Shown: positions 50,261 to 59,603, numbered from the stretch's first letter. The stretch: 64,000 nucleotides of DNA from Thermodesulfobacteriota bacterium (GCA_028282925.1 JANQGV010000012.1:7787-71786), one strand, 5' to 3'. Translations and numbers: made by a program. Notes: generated by a model from the letters alone, not told the origin.

Positions 50261-52354
50261 TCAAAAAAGTATTCCCTTTATGCGCTGTATTTGATGTACT
50301 GTGCGCCAATGTTTTTGCAGACAGGAAGGCTTTTCGGCCATTTTAGCCATCACTCTGTTTCTGATCCTGTTCTGCAGTCCAGCCTTGATGCTTTTACCGA
50401 ACTTCTCCCCGGAAGGATTTTTAATGATTGTACTCAAGGGTAGATAGTCGGTCATGTTTTGAAACGTGCCAAGTTTATGTTGCTTTTCGAGGTCATCGCC
50501 AACCTGATCAAGGTCCAGATCATGTAACCGTTTGCGAGTCAAAAGTCCTTCTAAGGAAAGTCCATGATATGCATAGTATTCATCAAGCATTCCCGGTTTC
50601 TTGATATCAATCCCTTCCGCCCATGAATCAGGTTCAGGCCTTTTGGTGAAAGTATCCGGCTCTTTTTCCATTCCTCTCAGAATATTAATAGTGCGTTCAA
50701 TCTGATATCCTCGCTCTGCCGCTATCAAGAGGTCCTTGCCGTCGACATCAAATCCTGTCGCAGCCCTTACGGCTTCAGCAATATGTTCAGGAAGCCAGTT
50801 GCCATGGGACAGTAAGGTTTGTGAGAGATAAAAACAGGTGCCTATATTGTCATTGATAAGTTTATAGTTTTCATGCCACCAAACGGCCCTGCCCTTTGCT
50901 GTGTGAGAGGAGGTGTCAAACGTTTGAGGCGTGGCTCCGAAAAGCTCTTGAGCAATGATTTTATCATTTGATTGTGCCAGCAGGTGGGGTATGGCCTTCA
51001 AAAAATCGCCGCCCCTGGTGGAAACGGTAAAGGCTAACACATAGGGAGGGGCCGAATTACCAGGCCAGTGCATACCTTTCATGTGAAGTGCATAGCGGGA
51101 AGCATTGCCCCCGATTTTTTCAGCAGCCGACCTGGTGCCTTCTGCCAATATATTGCCTATGCCCTGGCGGCGGGCGACCTTTTCAGCCACTGTTTCCATC
51201 GCCTTCACAGTGCCCCAATTGAGTTCAAGTTCTTCCATGGTCTTCTTATCAAGACTCCCCTGTTTGCCGGCATCTATGGCCATACCGACGGTTCCTGCAA
51301 ATTCCTTGATGTCGATACCCAGAAGGTTTAGTTTATTGACCAGGTGAAGAATTGAGGGGACATCTCGAATGCCCAGGGTAAGGCCTAAGGACATGATATA
51401 GGCAACTTCATAGCCATATCCTTTTTCACCTTTGAATTGTCCTTCTTTGATGGACCAATGCTTGCCGCATTTTAACGGGCAACGGTAACATCCGTGATCC
51501 TTTGATTCCGTTGCTTCATAATAGGCGCCGATATCAAGGGAGGTGATATCCTCATAGGCGACTTTACAACGGCCGTTATTTGCGTAGATCAATCCTTGTG
51601 CGACCACTGGGTTGATAAACATTGCTGTGCCGTATTTTCTGAATAATTTTGGAAAGGCAAGGTCCTGGGTCCATTGTTTCACGCTATCAGATACTTCTTT
51701 CAGCAAGATCGGGTCTTTTATCATTATTTTATTACTACCGAGTACCACGACGGCCTTTAGCTTTTTGGAACCCATTACCGCCCCCATGCCTGTCTGAGAA
51801 AAGCTGTTGGCGTTATTGTTAGACATGATACATGCATATCTGACCAGATTTTCACCTGCCGGACCAATTGTGGCGACAGCAGCGTTTGGATATTGTGCTT
51901 TTAGTATCTTTTGTGTTGTCAGGGTATCTTTCCCCCACAAATTGCCGGCATCTTCAATGGTACAAACACCATCAGGCCCCAAGAGCAGATAACAGGGTTT
52001 ATCTGAAGCGCCCTTGATCATTATGTGATCATAGCCTGAGCGTTTGACCATAACTCCCAAAAAACCCCCGCCATTGGAGTCTCCAAAAATTCCAGTTAGT
52101 GGGCTTAGTGCGGTAAAGGTAGATCGAGAAGCGGTGGGGAAGGGGGTTCCGACAAGTGGGCCTGTCCCAAAAATGAGAGGGTTTCCCGGATCTAAGGCCT
52201 GCACAGACGGTGTAAGATTCTGGTACAGCAACCATGCATTATGCCCGGCTCCACCGGTAAATTTCAGCAACTCATTTTCTGGAAGTTCAAAGATTTTAGA
52301 TTTTCGTTGGCTCAAATCAATCTCCAGCATTTTCCCTCTATATCCAAATGCCAT
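50261..52354 (-). CDS. aor: Aldehyde:ferredoxin oxidoreductase (tungstopterin AOR family)
   Basis: N-terminal MAFGYRGKMLEIDLS...GGAGHNAWLLY typical of AOR; 697 aa; [4Fe-4S] Cys ligands (CYRCPLKC). RBS present. Confidence 0.85.
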   Translation of the reverse strand: MAFGYRGKMLEIDLSQRKSKIFELPENELLKFTGGAGHNAWLLYQNLTPSVQALDPGNPLIFGTGPLVGTPFPTASRSTFTALSPLTGIFGDSNGGGFLGVMVKRSGYDHIMIKGASDKPCYLLLGPDGVCTIEDAGNLWGKDTLTTQKILKAQYPNAAVATIGPAGENLVRYACIMSNNNANSFSQTGMGAVMGSKKLKAVVVLGSNKIMIKDPILLKEVSDSVKQWTQDLAFPKLFRKYGTAMFINPVVAQGLIYANNGRCKVAYEDITSLDIGAYYEATESKDHGCYRCPLKCGKHWSIKEGQFKGEKGYGYEVAYIMSLGLTLGIRDVPSILHLVNKLNLLGIDIKEFAGTVGMAIDAGKQGSLDKKTMEELELNWGTVKAMETVAEKVARRQGIGNILAEGTRSAAEKIGGNASRYALHMKGMHWPGNSAPPYVLAFTVSTRGGDFLKAIPHLLAQSNDKIIAQELFGATPQTFDTSSHTAKGRAVWWHENYKLINDNIGTCFYLSQTLLSHGNWLPEHIAEAVRAATGFDVDGKDLLIAAERGYQIERTINILRGMEKEPDTFTKRPEPDSWAEGIDIKKPGMLDEYYAYHGLSLEGLLTRKRLHDLDLDQVGDDLEKQHKLGTFQNMTDYLPLSTIIKNPSGEKFGKSIKAGLQNRIRNRVMAKMAEKPSCLQKHWRTVHQIQRIKGILF

Positions 52355-52423
52355 GATTTTGCTCCCTTTTTATTTTTTTTGCGGCCGATAAAACCAGGCT
52401 TTGTCGTTCATAGTTTGGATTAG

Positions 52424-52438
52424 GCAACCGACGTGCCA
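52424..52438 (-). promoter_or_regulatory. Sigma-54 (-24/-12) promoter driving aor
   Basis: The minus strand reads TGGCACGTCGGTTGC, which is TGGCAC-N5-TTGC. It lies ~70 nt upstream of the aor start, and a divergent sigma-54 activator gene is adjacent. Confidence 0.65.
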
Positions 52439-52613
52439 AAGCGCTTGATAAAAAATTGTCATTTAATATCAATTATTTATGGTCCGCCAAAAGAATTATA
52501 TGAAAAAGAGCAAATATTATGTGCCATAAAAAACAGTTCTGACTGTATAATATGATAGATATGCATTGCAAGTGCCAAATATGACAAAATTAACGTGCGT
52601 TTAGGAGGAAAGA

Positions 52614-54167
52614 ATGTTGGTAGATGAAAAAGTTTTTTTCCGAGAGGCCACCCTTAGAATTTCCAGCAGCCTGGAGATTGAAAAAGCGTTATGGCAATGC
52701 TTACTCTATATTCAACATTTTGTTCCTGCAGAAGAAGCCTATATGCACTACTATGACCCCGTCTCAGGCGCCTCAATCATATTTGTTGGGGCTGACAGCC
52801 AACAGGGTAAGCTCCTAAATCTCAGCGCTCCCTGGCCCAATGAGTTCCGTGCTCAGGCAGAGCGTGGCCAATTCCCCAAAGCCTTTATTGCAAACAGGGC
52901 TGATGAGCACCCTATGGCTCAGCCAATACTCAAGGCCTTGAAAAAAGGAAAATCATCAATAATGACGGTTCGCCTGACCCTTGAGGATGATTGGGTGGGT
53001 GGTGTGTCCTTTTGGGCAGGCAATCGGGAAAAATTTAATGCGGAACAGTTGGAACTTCTCTCTCTTCTAAGGCAGCCGTTGGCTATTGCCCTCTCAAACA
53101 GCCGCAGGTATCGAGAGCTTCTGGAACTTAAGAATTTGCTGGCAGACGACAACCGCTACCTTCAGAACGAACTTCGTCAAATAAGCGGCGGTGAAATTAT
53201 CGGTGCGGACTTTGGGTTAAGGAGGGTCATGGACCTGGTGCGCCAGGTTGCCCCGCTTGATAGTCCGGTGATTCTTCTGGGAGAGACAGGAACAGGCAAA
53301 GAGCTTTTTGCCAATGCAATTCATAACCTTTCCACCAGGAGTGCAGGTCCTTTTATCAAAGTCAATTGCGGAGCGATTCCGGATAGCCTCATGGACAGCG
53401 AGCTTTTCGGCCATGAAAAAGGTGCCTTTACCGGAGCCATTTCCCAAAAGCGCGGACGCTTTGAAAGAGCAGATGGTGGCACTATCTTTCTTGATGAAAT
53501 CGGAGAATTGTCCCCTGAAGCACAAGTCAGGCTATTGAGAGTGTTACAGGAAAAAGAAATTGAACGTGTGGGCGGTAACAAACCCTTACAGTTGGATATC
53601 AGGGTCATTGCTGCGACACATCGAAACCTTCAGACTATGCTTGAAAAGGGTGAGTTTCGGGAAGACCTTTTTTTCCGGCTACAGGTTTTTCCCATCGCCA
53701 TTCCACCGCTTAGAGAGAGGGTTGACGATATCCCAAACCTGGTGCAACATTTTATGCAAAAGAAAGCGCGTGAAATGAAATTGACGGCAATCCCTACTTT
53801 GGCACCTGCTGCAATAAATCTTTTAATGACCTATTTGTGGCCGGGCAATGTCCGAGAGCTTGAAAACGCGGTGGAACGGGCTTTAATCCTCAGCCGGGGA
53901 AATCCCCTTAGCTTTTCTGAGTTTCAGTCGTTTACAGATAAGTTCCACGATAGCAACAGGTTGCAACCCCTTGAAGCAAAGGAACCTTTGAATCTGGATT
54001 GTGTAATTGCACATCATATTCAAAGGGTTCTCAAAATGACCGGAGGGAGAGTAGAGGGCAAGGGTGGAACGGCGGAGCTGCTGGGGATAAAGGCCAGTAC
54101 TCTTAGGAATCGCATGCGAAAGCTGTCTATACCCTTTGGAAGGAAAGCTGATAGATCGAATACATAA
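52614..54167 (+). CDS. Sigma-54-dependent transcriptional activator (GAF-like sensor + AAA+ sigma-54 interaction domain + Fis-type HTH)
   Basis: Walker A GETGTGKELFA, GAFTGA motif (EKGAFTGA), Walker B IFLDEIGEL, and a C-terminal HTH. RBS AGGAGGAAAGA. Possible extended -10 promoter TGTATAAT at 52546-52553. Confidence 0.9.
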   Translation: MLVDEKVFFREATLRISSSLEIEKALWQCLLYIQHFVPAEEAYMHYYDPVSGASIIFVGADSQQGKLLNLSAPWPNEFRAQAERGQFPKAFIANRADEHPMAQPILKALKKGKSSIMTVRLTLEDDWVGGVSFWAGNREKFNAEQLELLSLLRQPLAIALSNSRRYRELLELKNLLADDNRYLQNELRQISGGEIIGADFGLRRVMDLVRQVAPLDSPVILLGETGTGKELFANAIHNLSTRSAGPFIKVNCGAIPDSLMDSELFGHEKGAFTGAISQKRGRFERADGGTIFLDEIGELSPEAQVRLLRVLQEKEIERVGGNKPLQLDIRVIAATHRNLQTMLEKGEFREDLFFRLQVFPIAIPPLRERVDDIPNLVQHFMQKKAREMKLTAIPTLAPAAINLLMTYLWPGNVRELENAVERALILSRGNPLSFSEFQSFTDKFHDSNRLQPLEAKEPLNLDCVIAHHIQRVLKMTGGRVEGKGGTAELLGIKASTLRNRMRKLSIPFGRKADRSNT

Positions 54168-54250
54168 GATCTCTTAAAATGATAAGATTCGTGGAGAAAG
54201 CGGTGGCGTTTTTTTGAAGGGCGGATTTTTAATTTATTTAATTATGAAAT

Positions 54251-54280
54251 AATGGTAGAGGCGGGGGGAGGCAAACACCC
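54251..54280. repeat. Degenerate copy of a tRNA/tmRNA 3'-end-like attachment-site repeat (direct repeat copy 1)
   Basis: AATGGTAGAGGCGGGGGGAGGCAAAC compared with AATGGTGGAGGCGGGGGGAGTCGAAC at 58132: about 24 of 27 positions identical, same orientation, 3.85 kb apart. Confidence 0.5.
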
Positions 54281-54533
54281 GTCCGAGAGTCCACCAGGGT
54301 AACATCTACATGCTTATCCCTGATTTGACGTTTCGCCTTTAAGTGTCTGCCAGTAGCAGGACCCTATTACAGACTATCGGGAAAAATGCGACAGATTGAT
54401 CCTCTTTTCTCTTCTTCCGTATGCCGACGGACTTATTGACATACACGCCAACCTCGGTTAAAATTTAATAACCGCAAGCAGCAGCGTATCATGTGTCAAT
54501 CTGTACGGCCACGACGGCCTCGAAAGTAAGAAC

Positions 54534-55202
54534 ATGGGTGTATCCAACTCTTCCGCTTCAAAAAAGAAATTTATTCACTTTTTGGCGATCCTTTTCACCG
54601 GAGGGGTAATCGGCTTGTTTGTCTGTGGCCGGTTTATGGACTTGTCGCCGGAAGCCTTCCATGCCTTCATTGGGTCTCTTGGGCTTCTCGGTCCGGTAAT
54701 CTATATCAGTCTCTTCATTATCCGGCCGTTTTTCCTTATCTCGTCAATCGCCCTCTTTATTGCCGGCGGCCTGGCATTCGGGCCGGTGTTGGGGCCTTCA
54801 TTTGCCGCTTTTGGTGCGGCTATCGGCGGTTCAATTGGTTTTTTCTTCGCCAGATTCATGGGGCATGAGTATATCTATGGTAAACTGAAAACCAAAAAGC
54901 ATTTCATCGAAAATCAAAACTTCTCTTTTTCAATTGTCCTGTTATTAAGCCTGCTGCCTCTTATGCCGGTAACCCTCATCAATATCGGGGCCGGGCTATC
55001 GGATATGAAGTACAGGCCCTATATTCTTGCCCATATGCTGGGCGTTACGCCACGGGCTTTCGCGTACGGCTTTTTCGGCAGCACGCTTTTTGCAACCGGA
55101 ACCCTGAAATTTAAAATCGCGCTGATCCTTATCCTGATTATGGTTCTCGTAACAGGGTACTATACGCGAAAATCAAAAAAACAAAGCCGGGAATCTGCTT
55201 GA
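54534..55202 (+). CDS. DedA/TVP38/TMEM64-family membrane protein
   Basis: 222 aa, 5-6 TM segments, with a glycine-rich re-entrant motif region (LFIAGGLAFGPVLG). Confidence 0.7.
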   Translation: MGVSNSSASKKKFIHFLAILFTGGVIGLFVCGRFMDLSPEAFHAFIGSLGLLGPVIYISLFIIRPFFLISSIALFIAGGLAFGPVLGPSFAAFGAAIGGSIGFFFARFMGHEYIYGKLKTKKHFIENQNFSFSIVLLLSLLPLMPVTLINIGAGLSDMKYRPYILAHMLGVTPRAFAYGFFGSTLFATGTLKFKIALILILIMVLVTGYYTRKSKKQSRESA

Positions 55203-55314
55203 ATGTGCGCCGGTTTCCGGGAGAGTTGAGAACCGTGCGTGACTGTTCACGCCTCGTACAGTCCTCCTGTATGTTATCCGGCTTCCCAATGACACCTTTG
55301 GCACTTCAACCATC

Positions 55315-56022
55315 ATGCATGCTCAATCCACAAAACAGTTGACAAAAGACGGTACAAAAACGCTGATTGCCCCGTTCCGGTGGACGGCTGCGATGGCGCT
55401 CTGTTTCTTTCTGGCTGCGGGTCGGCTGGATGTTCCCAGGGCCTGGCTGTTTTTCGGCATCTATCTTACCGGCGCAATTGCGGGCGCAGCGATCATGCGG
55501 CGCTATGCCCCGGATCTGGCAAACCGGCGGGCCTCGATCAAGGAGGGAACCAAGACCTGGGACAAGGTGTTTTTGGCTGTATACTTCCTGATCTCATTGT
55601 TTGTCGCCCCGATAGTTGCCGGTCTGGATGTGGGCAGATACCAGTGGTCGTATCTGGGGCCGTCATTCGCAATCATCGGTTTCGTCCTCTATGCCGCTTC
55701 GTTTGTGCTGGCATACTGGGCAATGGTGGTAAATGAACATTTTGAAGCAACCGTTCGAATTCAAACAGACCGGGGCCATAAGGTCATTACCACAGGGCCG
55801 TATCGATTTGTGAGGCATCCGGGCTACCTGGGTATGATCATCGGCGGGTTCGGGGTCTCGTTTCTTCTCGGCTCAGCCTACTCGCTCATTCCCGTTGCCG
55901 GAGCAACACTTGCCGTGGTGGTCCGGACGTATCTTGAAGACCGGCTGCTGTGCAACGAGCTGGAGGGATATGCCGACTATGCCCGGACAACCCGGTACCG
56001 GCTGATAATCGGTGTCTGGTGA
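55315..56022 (+). CDS. Membrane methyltransferase of the ICMT/PEMT family (distant paralogue of ORF 49218-49712)
   Basis: Multiple TM segments and the C-terminal motif GPYRFVRHPGYLGMIIGGFG...EDRLL...E. Confidence 0.7.
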   Translation: MHAQSTKQLTKDGTKTLIAPFRWTAAMALCFFLAAGRLDVPRAWLFFGIYLTGAIAGAAIMRRYAPDLANRRASIKEGTKTWDKVFLAVYFLISLFVAPIVAGLDVGRYQWSYLGPSFAIIGFVLYAASFVLAYWAMVVNEHFEATVRIQTDRGHKVITTGPYRFVRHPGYLGMIIGGFGVSFLLGSAYSLIPVAGATLAVVVRTYLEDRLLCNELEGYADYARTTRYRLIIGVW

Positions 56023-56170
56023 AAAAGAGTGTCAGGCCTTTTTGCCGTGACCGGCGGTGGGCAGGCGGTTTGAAACGTATTGAATCAGATTCGTATTTGT
56101 GTGGATACGTATCCCTCAAACTCAATTCCTGAGTCCTTTGATATATCTTTGCCGGACACAATTTTTCTCT

Positions 56171-57829
56171 TTACCGGTTGCACCCATATCCTTTGATAAT
56201 TTCTCCCCATTTTGCATCCACCTGTGCCAGGGCGTCAGGCGCCCCCTGTTCAAGCAGCGTGCGGTTCAGCTCCGGATACACATCCGGGCCGCCCTCTTCG
56301 GGCCATTGCCGGGTGGCGTCGATAACGATCTTGCTGGTCTTGCCGCGCACCTTCGAGCTTGGGTCCAGAGGTAAGCCCCGCGCCTCCTTGATAATGTGAC
56401 TGGCGGTGCCGGGCAGCCAGCGCGTGATAAGGGAATTATCCACCTGGGCCGAGTCCAGGATATCGATATCCTCGTCCACAACGATCACCACCTTGAAGAT
56501 CGGTACCATAGAGGCCAGCTTTTTGCCGGCTTCGAGGCCCTGGCCCGCGGCCGTTTTTTTTATCCGGACATATGTTAGGCCGGGAGCGTGGACCGGGGAA
56601 TGCAGCTCGATCAGCTGAGGAATGAACCGCTTAAATGCAGTGTTGAAAATCACTGCGGTGGGGCCTGTGACGAATCCCCGGGTCGCACCGGTAAACACAT
56701 TCAGGAGCCAGGGGTCTTGGCGGTGGGTCACCGTCGTGACGTTCATGAAAAAGTTCTCTTTCTTCTGCGGTCCCAGATAACCGCACATCTCGCCAAAAGG
56801 TCCCTCGGGAAGTCCGGGCTGGTCCAGCGGGATTTCACCCTTAATGACGAGCTCCGCGTGAGCAGGAACCAGAATATCGCTGGTTTCACAGCGCACGACT
56901 TCCAGCGCCTTGCCCCGCAGCCCGCCTGCTATGGCCAGCTCGTCGATGGGTCCCTTGCGCCTGCGATTGGCAACCTTTGAGCCGCTGACCACCCATACAT
57001 AGGGATCCTGGCCCAGCACAAGCGCGACTTTGGCGCTTTTTTCGCCCCGCTTTTTGGCCGCCATCAGATGTTTCCAGCCGGTCTGGTTCGGTTCGGGATT
57101 GATGCCGATGATACGGGGCCCCCGGAGCTGGCATCGATAGGTGCCGAAATTCATTCCCATCTTCGGGTCAGAGGTAAAAACCGAGGCCGAGTTGATGTAG
57201 CGCCCTCCATCGGAAGGGTTGCTCTGTATAAAGGCAAAGCGGGTGACATCGACCTCATTCCCCCGCAGCACGACCTGTTTACACAGGGCCTGTTCCTTTT
57301 GAACTTCAATAGGCTTGATCGGCGGATACTCGCCTTTCTTCAACCGCCCCTGAAGGTGAGCCATTGCTTTGCGATAGGTCCCGCGGGGGTCACCGGGAAT
57401 CGGCTCCACTCCGAAGAGGATAGCTTCGGTATCCAGGTGCCCCTGGTGATTAGCAACCAGCGGCCCCCGGACCCACTGTCCGTTGATTTTAACCTGTTCG
57501 GCCAAAATTGCCGGTGCTTCTTCATGGCCGTATTCATCAATAAGCCGGTACATCAGGGCGCTCATTTCATAGGCATCCTGATCCAGTTTTTCAAAGCGCA
57601 GCAAAAGGCCGCGTTCCTCAAGGGCCCTGACATAGTCACGAAAGGTGTCGAACGGCGCCGACAAGGTGGCCGTTCGCGATGTTGTGCCTGCACCTGATGC
57701 AGGGGAGGGGGATCGGGTCCCTAATACGCAGCCGGCGGTGACAGCGGCTACGCCGACAGCGCCGGTGGTCAGAAAGTTACGTCGGGATATGCTGCAACTG
57801 CTTTTTACGGAGTGCGTTTTTTCAGCCAT
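56171..57829 (-). CDS. UbiD-family (prFMN-dependent) decarboxylase with a twin-arginine (Tat) signal peptide. True start MAEKTH at 57829, with a GGAGG RBS
   Basis: Tat motif SRRNFLTTGAVGVAAVTAG. UbiD core with EGPFGEMCGYLG (compare the canonical EGPFGExTGYY) and ELAIAGGLRGKALEVV. Confidence 0.8.
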   Translation of the reverse strand: MAEKTHSVKSSCSISRRNFLTTGAVGVAAVTAGCVLGTRSPSPASGAGTTSRTATLSAPFDTFRDYVRALEERGLLLRFEKLDQDAYEMSALMYRLIDEYGHEEAPAILAEQVKINGQWVRGPLVANHQGHLDTEAILFGVEPIPGDPRGTYRKAMAHLQGRLKKGEYPPIKPIEVQKEQALCKQVVLRGNEVDVTRFAFIQSNPSDGGRYINSASVFTSDPKMGMNFGTYRCQLRGPRIIGINPEPNQTGWKHLMAAKKRGEKSAKVALVLGQDPYVWVVSGSKVANRRRKGPIDELAIAGGLRGKALEVVRCETSDILVPAHAELVIKGEIPLDQPGLPEGPFGEMCGYLGPQKKENFFMNVTTVTHRQDPWLLNVFTGATRGFVTGPTAVIFNTAFKRFIPQLIELHSPVHAPGLTYVRIKKTAAGQGLEAGKKLASMVPIFKVVIVVDEDIDILDSAQVDNSLITRWLPGTASHIIKEARGLPLDPSSKVRGKTSKIVIDATRQWPEEGGPDVYPELNRTLLEQGAPDALAQVDAKWGEIIKGYGCNR

Positions 57830-58074
57830 GGATAACCTCCATTGGGTGGAAAAAGAAAAGATTGTTAAATTAATCAATGTATAGTGAGATGTCTTTTTGA
57901 TGATTAATTTTAAGTGGAAAATATAGATAAAACACATTGATGTGTCAATAGAAGTGAACCTGCCCTTTGCAAGAACTAAAATCCGAATGATTTTTGCCTA
58001 ACAATATACTGGGACGAATAAGGGACATAATTATTTTCAGGAAGGATGGTTTTCTATTAAACATGGCGGTGGTG

Positions 58075-58138
58075 CACCATTCGACTCACGTTGTTCACTC
58101 AGGGTTTACCATGAGCGAGCGTAGCGAGTCGAATGGTG
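58075..58138. repeat. Long imperfect hairpin (13-bp arms, ~38-nt loop) abutting the att-like repeat
   Basis: CACCATTCGACTC at 58075-58087 is the reverse complement of GAGTCGAATGGTG at 58126-58138. The GAGTCGAA core recurs a third time at 58151. Confidence 0.45.
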
Positions 58139-58158
58139 GAGGCGGGGGGAGTCGAACA
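58136..58158 (-). repeat. Fragment of the 3' terminus of a tRNA/tmRNA (T-loop, T-stem 3' half, acceptor 3' half, ACCA), probably an attachment-site scar at the island boundary
   Basis: The reverse complement reads TTCGACT-CCCCC-CGCCTCC-A-CCA: a T-loop fitting TTCRANY, five Cs, a 7-nt acceptor half, discriminator A, then CCA. It has no matching 5' half (no GGGGG before the T-loop), so it is a 3' fragment and not a gene. The AT-rich DNA begins at 58161. Confidence 0.55.
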
Positions 58159-58324
58159 TGGCATCTATATATTTGTAATATAATAATTATATATAGAATT
58201 TAGTTTTCATGTACCCCCAGTTAAAGTTAATGCCCCCTGGAAATGTAAAGAGTATCCTAGTAGCAAGTATACACTCTGGGTCGCATGGAATTAAAGCTTT
58301 CCGTGGAGCGATCGCTACCAGGGG

Positions 58325-59398
58325 CTATAATATTTCGTACTTCCAATAATCTTTAATCGGGATTCCGTAATCGTTGGCATTTTTTAAGTCATAGGTAACT
58401 TCAAAAGTGCAACACATGCATTTTATCTGCCAGCTGTATTTATATGCCCGCTCATATCTACCATCAGGGGTCTCTCCTTCCACCTCAATATTATCATAAA
58501 CGACCAAGGCCGTTACTCCGCACACAGGACATTTATCTATTTGTTCAAAATGATTTTTTTGGGCTTGTGCTGCAGCTTCTGACTGTTTGATTATCTCGTT
58601 ATTTAAGAACTTTCCATGCATTTTTTCATCTGTAATTGGATTTTCGTATGCTGCTCTACCTAGTGCTTTTGCATAAGCGAATTTACCGACATCATAATCA
58701 TTTTTTTCATTATATAGAAAATCCAAAGGATCAAAATTTATATTCAACGGTTTGTATTTCCATAATATGTTTCGCCCCCTATATCTATCTAGTGCAATAA
58801 CTTTTCTCAAAAAGGGTAAAAAATATTTGCAGATGAATTTGTCTAATGAATCATATCTCAGAATAAAGGATCCTCTATGCCAAATTCTGTTTCTTAGGGT
58901 ATTTAACTTTTCCAACATATTTTTTTTATCAATGATGAATTGATATGATAAATGATTTTCAATTTCTTCATTTTTTATAAGATCAGCTAACCTTTTTAAT
59001 GACTCCGAAAATTCGATTGATCTGATGCCTGATTCTTCTTCGGGTCTTAACTGTTCCCCGGTGAGAAGTTTTTTTAAGACTATTGTTTGTGTTGAGGCAG
59101 TGTCTGCCAACAATGGATGTACGGTCCTGAGAATATCTTTTATTATAAGTTCTGTAAAATGATGAAGGTGTAATATGGTTTCAGCTGCATATTCAAAATA
59201 CTCAAAATGTGTGTTGAAGTCCTTTTTTTCGTTATCTTCATCATTCATGAAAACACTTAGGCTATACTTCATTGCTTTATACGTAGAAAAGTAGGCATGA
59301 AGTCCAAGCCTAAGCGAATAAAATGCAAACCCAGCGATGTTTTTTTCTCTTTTGTCTAATAGTATACCGTCTTTACAAATTCTGGAAAGTTCTAACAT
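58325..59398 (-). CDS. Hypothetical protein with a HEPN-like Rx4H motif and a C-terminal Cys4 zinc-ribbon; candidate Abi/defence RNase
   Basis: LRNRIWHRG contains the R-N-x3-H motif typical of the HEPN family. C-terminal CPVCG...(26 aa)...CMCC. AT-rich codon usage like the rest of the island. Confidence 0.5.
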   Translation of the reverse strand: MLELSRICKDGILLDKREKNIAGFAFYSLRLGLHAYFSTYKAMKYSLSVFMNDEDNEKKDFNTHFEYFEYAAETILHLHHFTELIIKDILRTVHPLLADTASTQTIVLKKLLTGEQLRPEEESGIRSIEFSESLKRLADLIKNEEIENHLSYQFIIDKKNMLEKLNTLRNRIWHRGSFILRYDSLDKFICKYFLPFLRKVIALDRYRGRNILWKYKPLNINFDPLDFLYNEKNDYDVGKFAYAKALGRAAYENPITDEKMHGKFLNNEIIKQSEAAAQAQKNHFEQIDKCPVCGVTALVVYDNIEVEGETPDGRYERAYKYSWQIKCMCCTFEVTYDLKNANDYGIPIKDYWKYEIL

Positions 59399-59603
59399 TT
59401 TTTTTGATCCCTATAAGCTATTTAATTTGTCCGTATCTCAATCTAGGTGTCGCACTCATCGGACTCTTCACCGTTGATACACCCTTCATGAGATGCGTAT
59501 GATGTATTGAGAACACCGTCTTCATGGTACATCTCTGCTTTCCTTTCTCTAATCATGAGGCGTGTTCCGAATCGTGACAGTGGGTTAATGTTAGGTTTTA
59601 GCT

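Noticed and set aside
58136-58158. Possibility that the tRNA-like sequence is an intact tRNA or tmRNA gene
   Set aside because: Only the 3' 23 nt (T-loop through CCA) are present. The sequence upstream of the T-loop (GCCATG) cannot form the T-stem, and no D-arm or anticodon arm exists, so I call it an att fragment and not a gene.
57994-58203. 69-aa plus-strand ORF spanning the att-like repeat and hairpin
   Set aside because: Its translation runs through the tRNA-fragment, poly-G and AT-rich junction (…SNGGGGGSRTWHLYICNIIIIYRI). The region is better explained as recombination-site DNA.
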